Shown here piece by piece: positions 33,808-51,551 of a stretch of 64,000 nt of DNA (the stretch's first letter is position 1; each line of letters begins with the position of its first letter). The notes under the pieces are model-generated. The model worked only from the letters and a program-made list of their open reading frames with translations, had not been told where the DNA came from and did no database searches. The DNA lies in the NCBI RefSeq assembly GCF_009914755.1, contig NC_060944.1. The stretch is one strand, 5' to 3'. The stretch is from the human T2T-CHM13v2.0 reference genome, Homo sapiens. The translations under genes were made by a program, and so were the position numbers.

Positions 33808-33870
33808 CTATTAAAGGATATGACCTTTAAGGGAATGGGATCACACTGGGAAGACAGAGTACTATTATTG

Positions 33871-34196
33871 TTTTTTACCTTTTTTTGTTTTTGTTTTTTG
33901 AGACAGGGTCTCACAAGGGGTCACACTTTGCCCAGGCTGGAATACAACAGCGCAATCATAGCTCACTGCAGCCTCAACCTCCCAGGCTCCGGCAATCCTC
34001 CCACCTCAACTATAGTCCCAGAGTAGCTAGGACTATAGACACACGCCACCACGACCAGCTAATTTTTGTATTTTTGGTAGAGACAAGGTTTTTGCCATGT
34101 TGCCCAGGTTGGTCTGGAACTCCCAAGCTAAAGCAATCTGACTGCCTTGCCCTCCCAAAGTGCTGGGACTACAGGCATGAGCCACGGCGCCTGGTC
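33871..34196 (-). mobile_element. AluJ-like
   Basis: Diverged dimer with small internal insertions. Confidence 0.85.
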
Positions 34197-34197
34197 A

Positions 34198-35109
<912 letters not shown>

Positions 35110-35937
35110 TTAAGTCAACTTCAGTAATTTCCAAGATTGCTTTTTTCTTGATGTGAACCAAATTAGCCAAGCATGTTTGCCAAGATTCTTATTCTATTAA
35201 AAAAAAAAAAAAAAAAACTTGGTTTGAAGGATTAATTAATGATCCATTTAACAAGCATGTTCTACCATAACAGAACATGAACAACAAAACTTCGGCGAAA
35301 ACATTTAAAAGTGCAACAGACTTAGTCATTGTGAGCCACTAAAGAAACAATCCTCTTTGGTTTTCTCTTAGTAGAGAAAAATAAATCAGCCACTGCATCT
35401 GACAACACCTCTGAAAAGAGACTTATTCCTCAGGTTACACTCAGACATAAAAAGCTTCCTTTTCCCATTGCCATTTGAAATAGGAACAGAAGGAAACTTT
35501 GGAATACTGCATCCCTAAAAGGAGGTACATGTTTTTGAATGTAAGATAATTCACACAGAAAATCACTGAAAAAGGAGCCCATTCGCCTCCAGGCGTGCAC
35601 TTTCCACCTCCCATCCCAGGCCAGTTCCATCTTCCTAACATCCATATCCCACATTCCAATTTTGCTCTGCAAAGACCCATGACAGCATGTTTTTGCAGAA
35701 CAAACAATGCCAGCAGCAGCTTTTCTGGAACCAGAGCCAGTGGCCCCCGGGGGAGGTGCAAACACCACAACCGCTGCTGCGGGTGACCACGCAGCTGATA
35801 CAGGGACATCCCAGAAATAACTTGGCTACCATGTATGATCTGCTGGCCTCAACCCAGTTTCTGGCTGGAAAAACTGGCGAGAATAAGCTTTCCAAGGAAG
35901 GCTTTTGTGGGGGATTTTTTGTTTGTTTAATTAATTC

Positions 35938-36571
<634 letters not shown>

Positions 36572-37475
36572 CCAAGGTGGCCTTTTAGATTTCACAGACC
36601 ACAAACTGAAGCCCGGTAGAAAGCAGTGGGGAGCAAAGGGGACTTTGCAGAAGCAGAAAACTCACGTCTGGTGGAAAGGGAGAAAGCAGTATCTACTCAG
36701 TTGCTATCCAAAGCAACCATGTAGGAATCTGGACCCAACACTGCCACGTTTTCCAATATTTTAAAGAGAAGAAGACAAAATAGACTTCTTATGTTACATT
36801 TTACCCCCATTTCAACAGTTGGCATCTAAGAGAAAACAACCCAGGAGAAATAAAGCACATCCCTGGGACCGAATTCACAATACAGGCGGATTGTTTGCAA
36901 GTCTCGGTGACACCAGATCGTAACACAAACTAAAACTAAACACCCCAAAAATATCGATCTGCTCTATCAGAGGGCTGGAAATCACCAGCTTCTCATCCAT
37001 TCTGACTGCTGTCTTTCTCCTGAGACCTGAAGAACCATATCTCCACCAAGAGGGGCAGAGCAGAACAGAAGCCAGATGCTCTCAAGGTAAGAGTTTGCCT
37101 CACGGTGAGATTCTGCGTTCAAAGTGAGCGGGCACAGATCAGGACTACTAGACAGGACAGATCTGAGAAGGCATCAGGGTCTCCAGTGCTGTCCTAGGGC
37201 AAATGACTCCCCCTTCCTGAGCTAGCCTCAGCTCTGTCACCGAGAAAAAGGAGAGTGAGTCCTTCTCTGGAGAATCAAGAGGCAGGGCCACCAGGAGCTT
37301 ATCACCAGTTGGTCCTGGTATCATAACCTCGCCCCCCTGACCTGCTCCACACCCACCTCACCCACACACTTCTGTCCGGTATCTAAGGCGCTCACTGTTC
37401 CCTTCCCCCAACTATTTTCCATGAAATTGCTTGGCAGGGAAGGAAAAGAGTCTCTTTTCTTTCAAACAAGTCCAA

Positions 37476-37810
37476 GGCTGGGCATGGTGACTCACACCTA
37501 TAATCCCAGCACTTGGGGAGGCAGAGGCAGGAGGATCACGTGAGGTCAGGAGCTTGAGACCAGTCTGGCCAACACGGTGAAACCCCATCTCTACTAAAAA
37601 TGGAAAAATTAGCCGGATGTGGTGGCACGCCCCTGTAATACCAGCTACTCAGGAGGCAGAGGTGGGAGAATTGCTTGAATGAGCCACTGCACTCCAGCCT
37701 GGGCAACAAAGCGAGACCCCGCCTCAAATAAATAAATAAATAAAACAAGCCTGGGTGACAGAGCAAGACCCCCCTCTTAAATAAATAAATAAATAATAAA
37801 ACAAGCCCAG
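37476..37810 (+). mobile_element. Rearranged AluS (right-arm deletion, duplicated 3' end)
   Basis: ttgcttgaat|gagccactgc junction; two gcctggg..gagc.agaccc+(AAAT)n ends. Confidence 0.85.
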
Positions 37811-38115
37811 GAAGTATTTCAAGCGAAATTAGATTTGCTTGACAAAATAGAGTCTCTGCGGGGGACAATATCTAGTTTCACATTATCTCACATCTAACCC
37901 CACGGTGGCTTCTCCCTAGCTATGTGACCCTAGGCACTCTCTGACCTTAAGTTTTCTTATTGATAAAATAGACATAAAAGCAGCTTCTACAAAAAAGCAC
38001 TTAAAACACTGCCCAGTACATAAAAGGCAATTGGTTGGTGTCCGCTTTTTTTTTTTTTTAACTCTGCAGGCATTTAATAAAATATTTCCTATATTTTTAC
38101 ATAACTGTGCATCTA

Positions 38116-38431
<316 letters not shown>

Positions 38432-40343
38432 GAATGGTGGTCAGAGACTCCCTGCCCAAAGCCTACTAAAACATCCCAAGACCTCCAAAGTTGTTTCTCT
38501 ACCACTGTGGAAGGTCCTGAACAACTCCCTCCAGGGGATCCCCTCTCCCAAAACAAGCCCAACAACACGGTGCACTCCCTTAAAGCAGGTGCTGAGAGGG
38601 GCTTCGAAACTGGTGACCATCAGACCCATGCTGCTTTCTTTTTCACAAACAGAAGGGGGCCAGCTTCCACGACAGCTCTCATCCAGAACCAAGACCTAAA
38701 CACACAAATGGTTTTGGGAAACAGCTTCTGCACACAGAGCTGGCCAACTCACACGCCGTCCTTCATGCTCTGTAAGCCACCTTCAGTCGCTGTCTGACGG
38801 GTGAGAGATGGAGGTCCCTGCAGAGCAGTCACAGCTGAGAGACTACAGCCATCAACCATAAGGGTCTGGGAATATTGGGTGCAAGGGGGTAGGTATTATT
38901 TTTTCCCATCCTGCCTGTGTCCTAAGTATATCTACTCATACTGTATTACTGTATCAACCTATAGAGTAAGAATCTCAAATCATCAAGATGGTTCACATTT
39001 GTCATGCTCTGATGAAGAGGAGGGATGTACAGCCTGTCACCAATTCCTCCTGCTCTTCAAATAAAAAACAAACTCCTGCCTACCCCTCTGACTCCAGCTG
39101 TGAGCATCCTCTCCTCCCCGACCCTGTTTAAACCCCACTATTCTCCCAGCATTTCCTGAACCCTCTCAGCCTCAGCCCTTCCCCTCCCGACCTCTGCTCT
39201 TCCTGGTCCCTCATCCCAGATCTTCACACCAGGCCCCCACCACTACCTCCTGACCTGAGATTATCTTGCCTATTAGTTCACTTGTGTATCATCCTTCTTC
39301 CCCGCTAGGATGTCAGCCTTCACATGGGCAGAAACATTTGAATCACCAGCTTCCACTACACAGGCTGGCACGCAGCAGTCATCAAATATGTATTTCTTTG
39401 AATGAAGGAATACAGGAATTAAAGTCAAGGTGCAATACTTCCTACCAAATCCAGCACCATCTCAATAATTTCCATTTTGTCTTCTGACAGTGGACCATTG
39501 GGATTCCTAGTAAATGAGTTTGCAAATGACTTGGGAATTCACTCTTTTGGTCTGCAAGACGACTAGCAAAATTTAACAGGGGAAACCAATTTTCAGCTTC
39601 TGGACACTCTGTGTGTGTACATAATTTGTAGTATATATATTTTAAGTAGTCTCGCTACATACTAACACGCTTTCTCAAACTGATTGGTAGGGCTTCAAAA
39701 GGGTCTTTGCCTTACTTAATCATAACTTGATAAAAGAGAACTAAGATATTAACCGCTGCTCATCTCTGCCTACCTGTTGTTCTCAAGCACACAGCAGGCT
39801 CTGCTCTACAGGGAACTGCTATTAGCTGGAATAATTCACTCTGCCGTGTACGGAGGGAAAGGGGAGGGCAGGAAGGCTGGGAGGGAGGGCTCACACCTGT
39901 CAAAACAGCAACCCCTTATAACTTCCCACTGTAGCTTCAGAGAAAAGGGAACAGGAGAGAACTACTCAGCATGATGATAAGAGATTCATTTACTGGCAAT
40001 CTAGGAAACTACTTCTATTCTTTGAAAGAATGATTTGGAAAGCAGTTTCCATGGAGGTTTAATTTACTTCAGAAACCCCCTCCCAAAAAATCAAACCAAA
40101 ACAAAAAAGAACAGCAGCACTTCAAACAGCCACAGAACCCATTCCAATGTTGGTTTCATCAACAGACCCAGTAAAGTAAGATGATTTTCTAACACACCTG
40201 AGAAAACTGTAGCCCACGCCATTACCAAGCTTAACATACCACAGGAAATTTATTTCAACAACAAGATCAATGGTTGGTATCATGACAATAATGAGAATAA
40301 TAGCTGCAGCCTCCACTTCTTTTCTTATCTCATAACAGTATCA

Positions 40344-40505
<162 letters not shown>

Positions 40506-40717
40506 CTAGGAAAAGAAAAACAAGATCCAGAGTTTGTACATATTTGACAGCAAGATACTCACTAAAGTTTGGTATGTGAGGATGAAGCAGGACTGTGGGA
40601 CACAGGCCATGAGTGGAAAAAGAGTTTCAAGCAGGGTCGGCCTGTGTGGTATTCCCTAAAAGGTATGTGGCCAAGACACCTGGACAAAACTGCAAATGGA
40701 GTTAAATGGTGAAATCA

Positions 40718-41037
<320 letters not shown>

Positions 41038-41825
41038 GATGAGAAAACCAGGGTTGGATTCTAGCTGTACCATTATTATCTGGGCAGGCACGAGCAAGAC
41101 ATTTCACCTTTCTGTGCAACATACACAGAGACAATGACACCAATACCTTCTGTTTTTGGATTAAATGTGCATCATACCTAGCATCTAATAAGGGGCAGTA
41201 TTTTGCTACCTTTATTCTTTATTGAAGGCTTAGCTATTCCGGTGTTAATCTCCAAAAGCACGAAGAGATGCAAAGTATATTTTCTCAACTTTCCTTGCCT
41301 AATCTTGCCTCCAAACCCACTCCAACCCACCAACCCCACCCCCAACACACACACCAGTGCAGCCCAACAATGTACTTCTCTCTGCAGAACCCCAGCTTGG
41401 AGAAGGCAGATCCACAGGGAAACTAGGGTGACTTTATTTCCCCCAAGAATCATGTTTTGGAGGGACTATGGAGTTAATCCAGGGAAGTATTTTCAAACCT
41501 CTTAAAATAGAACCAACATGATTTGTAAATCCACACTGATTTAAGCTCATCTTATTATCTGAAAAGCTTTGCTGCATCCCACATCTCTGATGAGCTCTCT
41601 TTTATGCTGCACCTTGCAGTCTGCCCAGGCTAATCAACCCAGGAAGCCATGATGCTATCTCTGGCACATGAACTTTCAGCCTAAGAGGTTTATCCTACCT
41701 GGATTACTTTCCTTCTGCCATAATTTTATCAGCAAAAAATTATCTTAAAACTCCATCCAAAGTTTCATCTAATAAGCCACCTGGAAAAAGCTGTCTCAGG
41801 GTAGTCATCCAAGGCACAGGGTTCA

Positions 41826-41954
<129 letters not shown>

Positions 41955-42216
41955 TTAGAATGTGTCACCCCAGGGGTGGATATCTTGTGGACCTCAATCA
42001 ATGCTTGATGATTTTGAAGGTTAAGATGTTTTAAAGTCCCATAGAGGGAACACCTTGGAGATGAATCCAACCACTATGTATCGCTCCCAATGCTTCCACC
42101 CAGTCCAAGCCACCGTCCTTTCTCTCTGGACCAATGCAACAGCTAACTCCCCACGTCACCCACTTCCACTTTTACCCCCATTATAGACATTCCCTGCAGA
42201 GCAGCCACAGCCACCA

Positions 42217-42511
42217 TTTTTTTTTTTTCCTCCAGAGTCTCACTCTGCTGCCCAGGCTGGAGTGCAGTGGCCCGATCTGGGCTCATTGCAACTTTCGCTT
42301 CCTGCGTTCAAGCAATTCTCGTGCCTCAGCCTCCCAAGTAGCAGAGATTACAGGCGTGCATCACCACGCCCAGCTAATTTTTGTATTTTTAGTAGAGACA
42401 GGGTTTTGCCATGTTAGCCAGGCTGGTCTCAAACTCCTGGCCTCAAGCGATCCACCCGTCTCAGCCTCCCAAACTGCTAGGATTACAGGTGTGAGCCACC
42501 ATGCCCAACCC
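42217..42511 (-). mobile_element. AluS inside L2 remnant
   Basis: Full dimer. Confidence 0.85.
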
Positions 42512-42588
42512 AGAGCCACCTTTTATAGACATAAATCTGTTCTTGTCCTTCCCCTGCTTAAAAGCCCCCAGTGACTTCCCATTATACC

Positions 42589-42786
42589 CAGTAGTTCTCT
42601 GTCAGAGCACTTTAACCATTCCCCCCACCCACAGGGATCACATAGCAATGTCTAGAGGCATTTTTGATTGTCACAAGTAGCCCAAAGGAGGGATGCGGGA
42701 CTACTGAAATCTAAGATGTACACAATAGTCCCTGCAACAAAGAATTCTCCAGCCCTAAGTGTCAGCAGTACCAAGCTGAGAAACTA
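42589..42786 (+). mobile_element. MER20
   Basis: cagtagttctc...gcaatgtctagaggcatttttgattgtcacaa...caacaaagaattctccagccc...gctgagaaact. Confidence 0.75.
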
Positions 42787-43049
42787 ACAATGAAGTCTAA
42801 TGACCTGACAGGTTCCCTCAAAGCCACATGTGATCTGGCCCCAGCCCACCTGTCTCGGCTCACCTTGCAGCAGTTCCGCTCCCCAACCCCTTCCAGCCAC
42901 TCTGGCCTGCTCTGCTTGCCAAGCTCAATTCTATGTCCAGAGTAGCTAATTAATACCATGTTGCCCTATTTCAGCTCCACTGACGACAATCCGAAAATTC
43001 AATTAACTTATTTATTGTCCTTTTCTCTCATAAGAAAGTACATTCCCCT

Positions 43050-43505
43050 AGAATAACATTGTAGCTTAGAGCCAAAGATCCCAGAAGCTCCCTTCTTGGA
43101 TCTCAAGTCAGACTCCACCATTTACTAGCTCTGTGACTTTAGGGTAAGCTGCTTCTCTTCTCAGAGCCCCCATATGTTGATCTATTGAAGAGAAAAAAAA
43201 GCAGCACCCACCACAAAGGGCTGTTATAAGAAATTAAATGAGATAAATGTAAAGTGCTTCAAGTGACAGAGTAATCAATATTGCCCATTAACATTTACTG
43301 AAGACTTAGAGTGTGCTGGTATCATTCTAAGAATTCTGTAAGTATTAACTCATTGTATTCCTTACACCTCATGAGATTAAAAAAAAAATGAGGCCCCAAA
43401 AAGTTTAGTAACCTGCCCAAGGTCTTACAGCAACAAAGTGGCATGGTCAGGATTTGAACCCAGGTAGTCGGGCTCCAAAGCCCATGCAGGTCACCACTGC
43501 ACTGA
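43050..43505. mobile_element. Two MIR fragments in opposite orientations
   Basis: MIR cores near 43120 (+) and 43390-43470 (-). Confidence 0.6.
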
Positions 43506-44196
43506 TATTTGTTATTCCTTTCTACCACTATCTGCCTTATTCTTCTCTTTAACTCTTATCATGCAAGGTGCCACATATTTAACAGGTGCTCAATAATTAT
43601 AAGACTAACAGATTTCACAGGTCAGCGAGTAAGTAAGCGAATGAATGTGCAAACAAATGCATGGATGGCAGAGTGCACCTCCTGCTTCTAAGCCCACTCT
43701 ACTTCTGAGCTATTCCAAAGGAACATATCCAAAACAGCCTGTATGACTTTCTTCAAGGAAATGCAAACTAAAATCACAGTAAGATGCCTACCGTTTTTAC
43801 AGATCACATCGTTGGGGCAGGGGGGCACATATTTACATATAGTTTTGTAATTACAACTCCCAATATTGGAAAGGACATAGCCTCATTGTAACTGGAACAT
43901 CTGACATGTTCACAGCCTCATAGTAGTTTTATTCCTAAAAATTAAACTAAGGAAATCATCAAATGCGCAATGATATTCATCACCTTGTTACTTAAGATGC
44001 TGATAAAACTGGGTACTATTTAATGACAAGAGGAGTAATTAAATGAATGTCCATGTGTTGTATGTAATACTATACAGCCATGAAAAATTCTGTTCTTCCT
44101 ACGAGTTTAATTACCTAGGAAACAGAGAAAATACATAAAATAAACTAAGTGAGAAAGCAGTTTATAAAACTCTCTCTACATAAATATACAGACATA

Positions 44197-44766
44197 AGCC
44201 GGGCTTGGTGGCTGAGGCCTATATTCCCAGCGTCTTTGGAGGCTGAGGCAGAAGGATCGCCTGAGCCCAGGAGTTTGAGACCAGCCTGGGCAACATGGCA
44301 AAACCCCATTTCTACAAAAAAAATAATAATAATTAATTTAAAAAGAAATAGCCAGGCTAATTAATTAGCTGGGTGTGATGGTGCACCCAGTCCATGTTGA
44401 GACCCTGCCTCAAAAAATACATAGATAACTATATCTATATATAGATATAAATTTATAAGGATAGATTTTTTTTTTTTTTCTCGGAGACAGAGTCTCACTC
44501 TATCACCCAGTCTGGAGTGTAGTGGTGCTATCTTGGCTCACTGCAACCTCTGCCTCCCAGGTTCAAGCAATTCTTCTGCCTCAGCCTCTCAGTTTAGCTA
44601 GGATTACAGGCATGTTCCACCATACCCAGCTAATTTTTGTATTTTTAGTGGAGACGGGGTTTTGCCATGTTGGCCAGGCTGGTCTTGAACTCCTGGACTC
44701 AAGTGATCTCCCTGCCTCAGCCTCCCAAAGTGCTGGGATTACAGGTGTGAGCCACTGCACCTGGCC
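44197..44766. mobile_element. Partial sense Alu (44197-44420) and antisense AluS (44467-44766)
   Basis: Alu consensus in both orientations. Confidence 0.85.
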
Positions 44767-45516
44767 AGGTATCTATCTATCTATCATCTATCTATCTATC
44801 TGGATATATCTAGATCTAGATCTATATATCCATATATAAAAAGACATGGATGGGTCCCAGTGCTATCTGAACAGTTTTTCTTTATGAATGAATGGGAGCA
44901 CACTGACAGGTTGAAGGTCATTCCATCTCATTTTTTTATTCTCACAATGAGATCTAATAAAGAAAAGCTCCCTCATACCATTTTGGCTGCCAGCCTGTCC
45001 CACAACCACCAGAGCCTCACAGCTCACACGCCTAAGAGGTCTGTTCCATCCACGCCATCACAATTATGGGCATTTGCAAGAAAACAGGTTCTCCTGGACA
45101 CCTGGGCCACTCTCCCAGAAGCAGTCAAGGCCATGCCCCCAGATATCAAATCCTCTTCTGCAAGAGGACCAAAAGGGACCTGAAACAATACCAGGCTGTG
45201 GGGCCAAGGTCAGAAATTACGAATTCTATCTAGGCAATCAGGAAAAGACAGGAGGCCCGGTGCTTACTGGTGACTCAAGGGTAAAAAACAAAAAATCCTT
45301 TCCATCTCCCTTAGATCATTGCTACAGTAAGGGTGTTTTATAATATACTCGGGCCCCTCTTTGTTCTTTTTACTTTCCTTGAAGAGTAGGGGTGTGGCCT
45401 CAACAAATTCCAAAATCACCTCGGCTACCTAATAGGAGATTCTGCAAATGGAAACTTCAGCTGCCCCATCCCCTCCTTCTGGGTGCATCTAAAACAGGAC
45501 AGTGGGAAACACATAC

Positions 45517-45572
45517 CTCATGTTCACAGATTTTGATGACTACTTTCGCTATTTGCGTCAATTTGTGATTTC
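45517..45572 (-). CDS. ZMYND8: ZMYND8 exon E (GNHKLTQIAKVVIKICEHE), end of bromodomain, 56 nt, phase 1/0
   Basis: ttcccttag|GAAAT acceptor, GAG|gtatgt donor; restores frame after exon D. Confidence 0.95.
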
Positions 45573-45997
45573 CTAAGGGAATAAGAAAACAGGATTAATT
45601 CTAATGGAAATACCGCAACACCGGGCCTGGGGACTTTACTTCCGCTAACAATGTGTTTACTTGCTTTTCCCCCAGGATTAAGCTTTTAAAGGCTAAAACC
45701 AGAGGTTCCTGGCTTCTAATAGTAATTCACATTATGTGATTCCTCCCATCAATGTCGACGACTCTTTGGCGCCTCGATGTCATCTTCTCTGCAACTGAGC
45801 AATTTATGTGGGTTTCCCTAGAGATCATGGATTAATATTCTTAAAATGCTTTGACATTCTAAAGGCTCAAATTAATGAAAAAAGGCCTTATTCTACCCAT
45901 TGTCCCAGACGCCAACCCAAGAAGAATACAAGAGAAAGAAGACATTTTCTTGAATAGCTCTGGTGTGGCTAGTGCTTCAAAACACATTTTCTTCTTG

Positions 45998-46161
45998 GGC
46001 CAAGTGTGGTGGCTCATGCCTGTAATCCCAACACCTTGGGAGGCTGAGGCAGAGGGATCACTTGAGCCCAGGAGTTGAAGACCAGCCTGGGCAACATAGC
46101 GAGACCCCACCTCTAGAAAAAAACAACACACACACACACGCACACACGCACACACATACAC
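45998..46161 (+). mobile_element. FLAM with (CA)n tail
   Basis: Monomer followed by cacacacacgc. Confidence 0.8.
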
Positions 46162-46680
46162 ATTTTCTTCTCAGCTCCTCAAGAAGTCATACTAGGAAGC
46201 AGGGACAAAATGTGCCCATTTAATGAATGAGTATGCCAAGGTTCAGGAGTCACCACTTACATTACTTAGCTAATAAAGTAACCATCTAGCCCCAGGTCTA
46301 ACTCTACACTAAACCAGACGACAAGATGGTCCAAAGTCATGTTTTCTTTGAACTTTATGGTATTTTTAGAAATTGTAAATTTGTTGACACGAAGATTTCA
46401 CACACACAAACACACAATATACCTACATTTCTGGTTTGCCTTGAAAACTCAGAAGATCCAGTAACTATAATCAATGGAGCACTGGAGCTGCCAACAGCGA
46501 CCTTTCCAGGCCAGGTAGGAGTTTTCTGTTCTCCATGATCCACAGCACATCACTTGACCTGCAGCCTTCTTGGCTTGTGCTAATGTTTTTGTTCTTCTAC
46601 CTGACCTCATCCACTTGTTTATATAATTTGATAGGCGGGGCCTTTCTATATATTTGAGTTTATAATCTTTACACCAATTC

Positions 46681-46980
46681 TTTTTTTTTTTTTTTTTTGA
46701 GATGGAGTCTCGTTCTGTCACCCAGGTTGGAGTGCAGGGGCGCAGATCTCAGCTCACTGCAACCTCTGCCTCCTGGGTTGAAGCGATTCTTGCGCCTCAG
46801 CCTCCAGAGTAGCTGGGATTACAGGCATGCGCCACCACACCCAACTAATTTTTGTATTTTTAGTAGAGACAGGGTTTCACCATGTTGGCCAAGCTGATCT
46901 CGAACCCCTGACTGAAGTGATCCGCCCGCCTCAGCTTCCCAAAGTGCTGTGATTATAGGCATGAGCCACTGCACCTGACC
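46681..46980 (-). mobile_element. AluS
   Basis: Full dimer. Confidence 0.9.
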
Positions 46981-47108
46981 CACACATTCTTAATGCCTAG
47001 TGCCTCTCCTTTTTCCCCTCCTTGCACTCTCAGCCCTGCTATAGTTAGTAATGCAATATGGTGCGTAAAGCAGATATGCATATATCTTTCCTTAAACACT
47101 AGCAAACA

Positions 47109-47412
<304 letters not shown>

Positions 47413-47414
47413 TC

Positions 47415-48240
47415 CTATTTTTGCAATGAACAAAATATCTGAATAGATGTTTACAAAAAATGACATACAAGTCACTAATAAGCACAGGAAAAGATACGCA
47501 ATACCACTGATCATTAGGAAAAGGCAAATTAAAACATCGTGACATAATACTTTACACCTTCAAGAACAGGTAAAATTTAAAAGGCAGACAATATCAACCC
47601 TTATAGTGTGTGGAGCAAAAGAGAACTCTAATATACCCTGCTGGTAGAATGTAAAATGATAGAACCACTTTGCAAAAACTGTTTGGTGAAACGTAGTAAG
47701 TTAAATAAAATCCTACTCACTGAGCTGGCAACACCACTCCTAGGTATTTACCCAAGAGAAAGAAAAACCTATGTCCATGCAAAGACTTGCACAAGCAGGT
47801 TCACAGCAGCTTATTCCTAACAGCCCAAAGCTAAGAACAACCCAAATATCCATGAGCATCAACAAGGTAAATGGATGAATGGCGGCATATTGATCGAATG
47901 AAAAAAAAAAATCAGCAACAAAAAAAAAGGAACCACTAATAACACATAACACAGATGACTCCTCAAAATATTACACTGCATGAGAGCAGCCAGACACACA
48001 AGAGCACTAACTCTGACTCCATTTATATGAAATTCTACAAGAAGCAAAATTAATCTATCCTAACACAAAGCAGAAAGTGGTTCCTGTTGAGAGTGGGTTT
48101 CCTAGAAAATGGCATGTATGAGAATCCAACAGGCTGATAGGAATGTTCTGGATCTTGTGGTTACACATTTGTCAAATTCAGTGAATATAAACATAAAATC
48201 TGTATGTTTTATTTTATGCAATTATACTTCCATTAAAATA
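47415..48240 (+). mobile_element. L1M (MC/ME-type) ORF2 end and 3' UTR fragment
   Basis: ccactcctaggtatttacccaagagaaa...aacaacccaaatatccat. Confidence 0.8.
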
Positions 48241-48460
48241 AGGTTTGTAGAAATAACACTAAAAGGCAGCAGCACCATGCAGCTGCAAGCCACTTTAGAT
48301 GTCAGCTCATACCTTAAAATGAACTTGGTCACTGCCTCCTATTCACATATATTAGCACAATCTATACGCAAGTATTCTCAATATGAATTAAGAGCCTGAT
48401 TTTTCATGAAGGACAGGAATTTGTGCAACACATACACAGCATACTCTTTCTTAGGAGTCA

Positions 48461-48652
<192 letters not shown>

Positions 48653-48871
48653 TCATTTGCCAAATCAATTAGTGTTCTTCTATTCATTTCCCAAGATGCT
48701 TCTTTTTAACCTACAACACCCCGACTAAAGAATGCTTTTATTTTTGAGATCTATAACCCTATAAAAATGCACTCTTTGAATTTAACACAATAACTGGAAT
48801 TTTCTCATCTTATAGTAGCTGTCATTTATCATGTAGCTTCTTCCAATAAACAGGATAGTTTATTTATTTAG

Positions 48872-49177
<306 letters not shown>

Positions 49178-50053
49178 CAAACAGGGTATTTCATATATTT
49201 ATACATTATTTATTATTAGTCATATGGTCTCACACAAACCTCACAATAATTTAATGAAGTACTTATTATCATACCCATTTTACAGAAAGGCAAACTGAGA
49301 TACAGTAATGTTAAGGAATGTATCTAAAGTTCCACAGCTCTTAACTTAATTAATATAAAGTCAGGTTTCCAACTCCATCTCTTTTGAATGCCTCCTTTTT
49401 TCCACCACACCATGAAGGTATGTGCAATTTCCTAAAAACAGACTGGATTTATGGTTTGGGAGTTATTGGGGAAGACAATATGAAGTAATGTTTCTTCCTC
49501 GTGGATGCATTTCACTGCCCATATTTTGCTGCAAATAGTTGGAAAATCAGCATCAGAATAATGTGCACAATCTACAGTGTTCCAAGTGTAATTTTCAGCG
49601 TGGAATTTTAGCATGAACTTTTAAAACCTTCAGGCATTCAAGAAAAAACCTAATCAGTAGAGTAAGTCAAATTCTAAGAAGCCACATCTTTATTGCTAAT
49701 CTGGAGGCTTCCCAGACACTTAATTTTCTCTTCTTCCTTCCTGCTGCTCTCATTAGCACCTCCGAAAGAAAGAGGAGGTAACGCTCAAGTCAATCAAATC
49801 ACTAACTCTTAGAAGCTATGGCTTTTGCAGGTAAAAAGCTAGAATCATCGCAAAAGTATTACCAAAGAATTTCAACATTCCACTGCAATCTTGGAAGAAT
49901 GTTACAAAGGAAAGACGTTAGAGAATCAAGAGTTCTTCTATCCAAATAAAGGAGCAATGAAAATATAGAGAAACAATTTAAGATTGTTATGTCCAACTTG
50001 TGATAGAGCATAGGCAGTGAGGGAAGAGCCTTAGGCATCTCAACTGTGGGCTA

Positions 50054-50176
<123 letters not shown>

Positions 50177-51029
50177 CTATAAAAGAGAAGATATGCAGAG
50201 GAACGAACCCATCATTACTATGGAAAACCAAGCATTAATGCTAACAAAAGGCTTGAAAAATTGAGACAACTTTTCAGACAATATAGTTCTAAAGTTTTCC
50301 ATAAAGGATGACCGTGGGGAGCTCCAAATTGGTCTACCTTCTAATTCTGCCTGGTTATTGATAATTATAAGCCCAATTGTGATCCAATTTTATTCTTGGT
50401 TTTCAATACACACTCAAGAAACAGATCCTGTCCTCTTACATTAAGATTGACAATTACAATACGCACTGTAAGTTAAAAAGATGCTTTAACAAAATCAGCA
50501 CTTTCTCCCCTGACTGATTTGACGTTCAACGATTTACTTGAGAAATTAACGCCCTCTTCAATTTTTCTTCTTGGTTTTTAATTCTATGGGGCTGACAAAT
50601 CTACATGACTCATTCTTTTTGTTAATAGTCATTAGCACATATAATTTAGCCTATGAAAATCGAAGGTAATTCCTTGCCACACTCAACATAAAAATTATAC
50701 CATAGCAAAAAAAAAACAAAAAAATTGTGCAAACCAAACTAAGGCTACACCTTTTGCTTCCACTGATTGAGATTTTGTTTAAAAGAGTCCAATTTGTTAA
50801 AGGTTCTCAATTGAAGGATATCCAATCAGCATGCTCTAAATTTTTTTTATCATCTCTTCAAAATTTCAGAATATAATCTCAAAGCAAAAGCTTCTTTTTT
50901 TTTTAAAGATATAAAACCACAGTGATTAGCCCCAAGAATCTACATTTCTGTACAGTACTCTCAGGAGTTGTACAAAGGGTCACCACTAGCCCCTATGGTG
51001 CCTTTGTGCAAATCAGGTAGGGGGCATCA

Positions 51030-51551
<522 letters not shown>

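Noticed and set aside
49432-49614. 60-aa minus-strand ORF between exons C and D as a mutually exclusive bromodomain exon
   Set aside because: No similarity to neighbouring exons and no convincing splice sites
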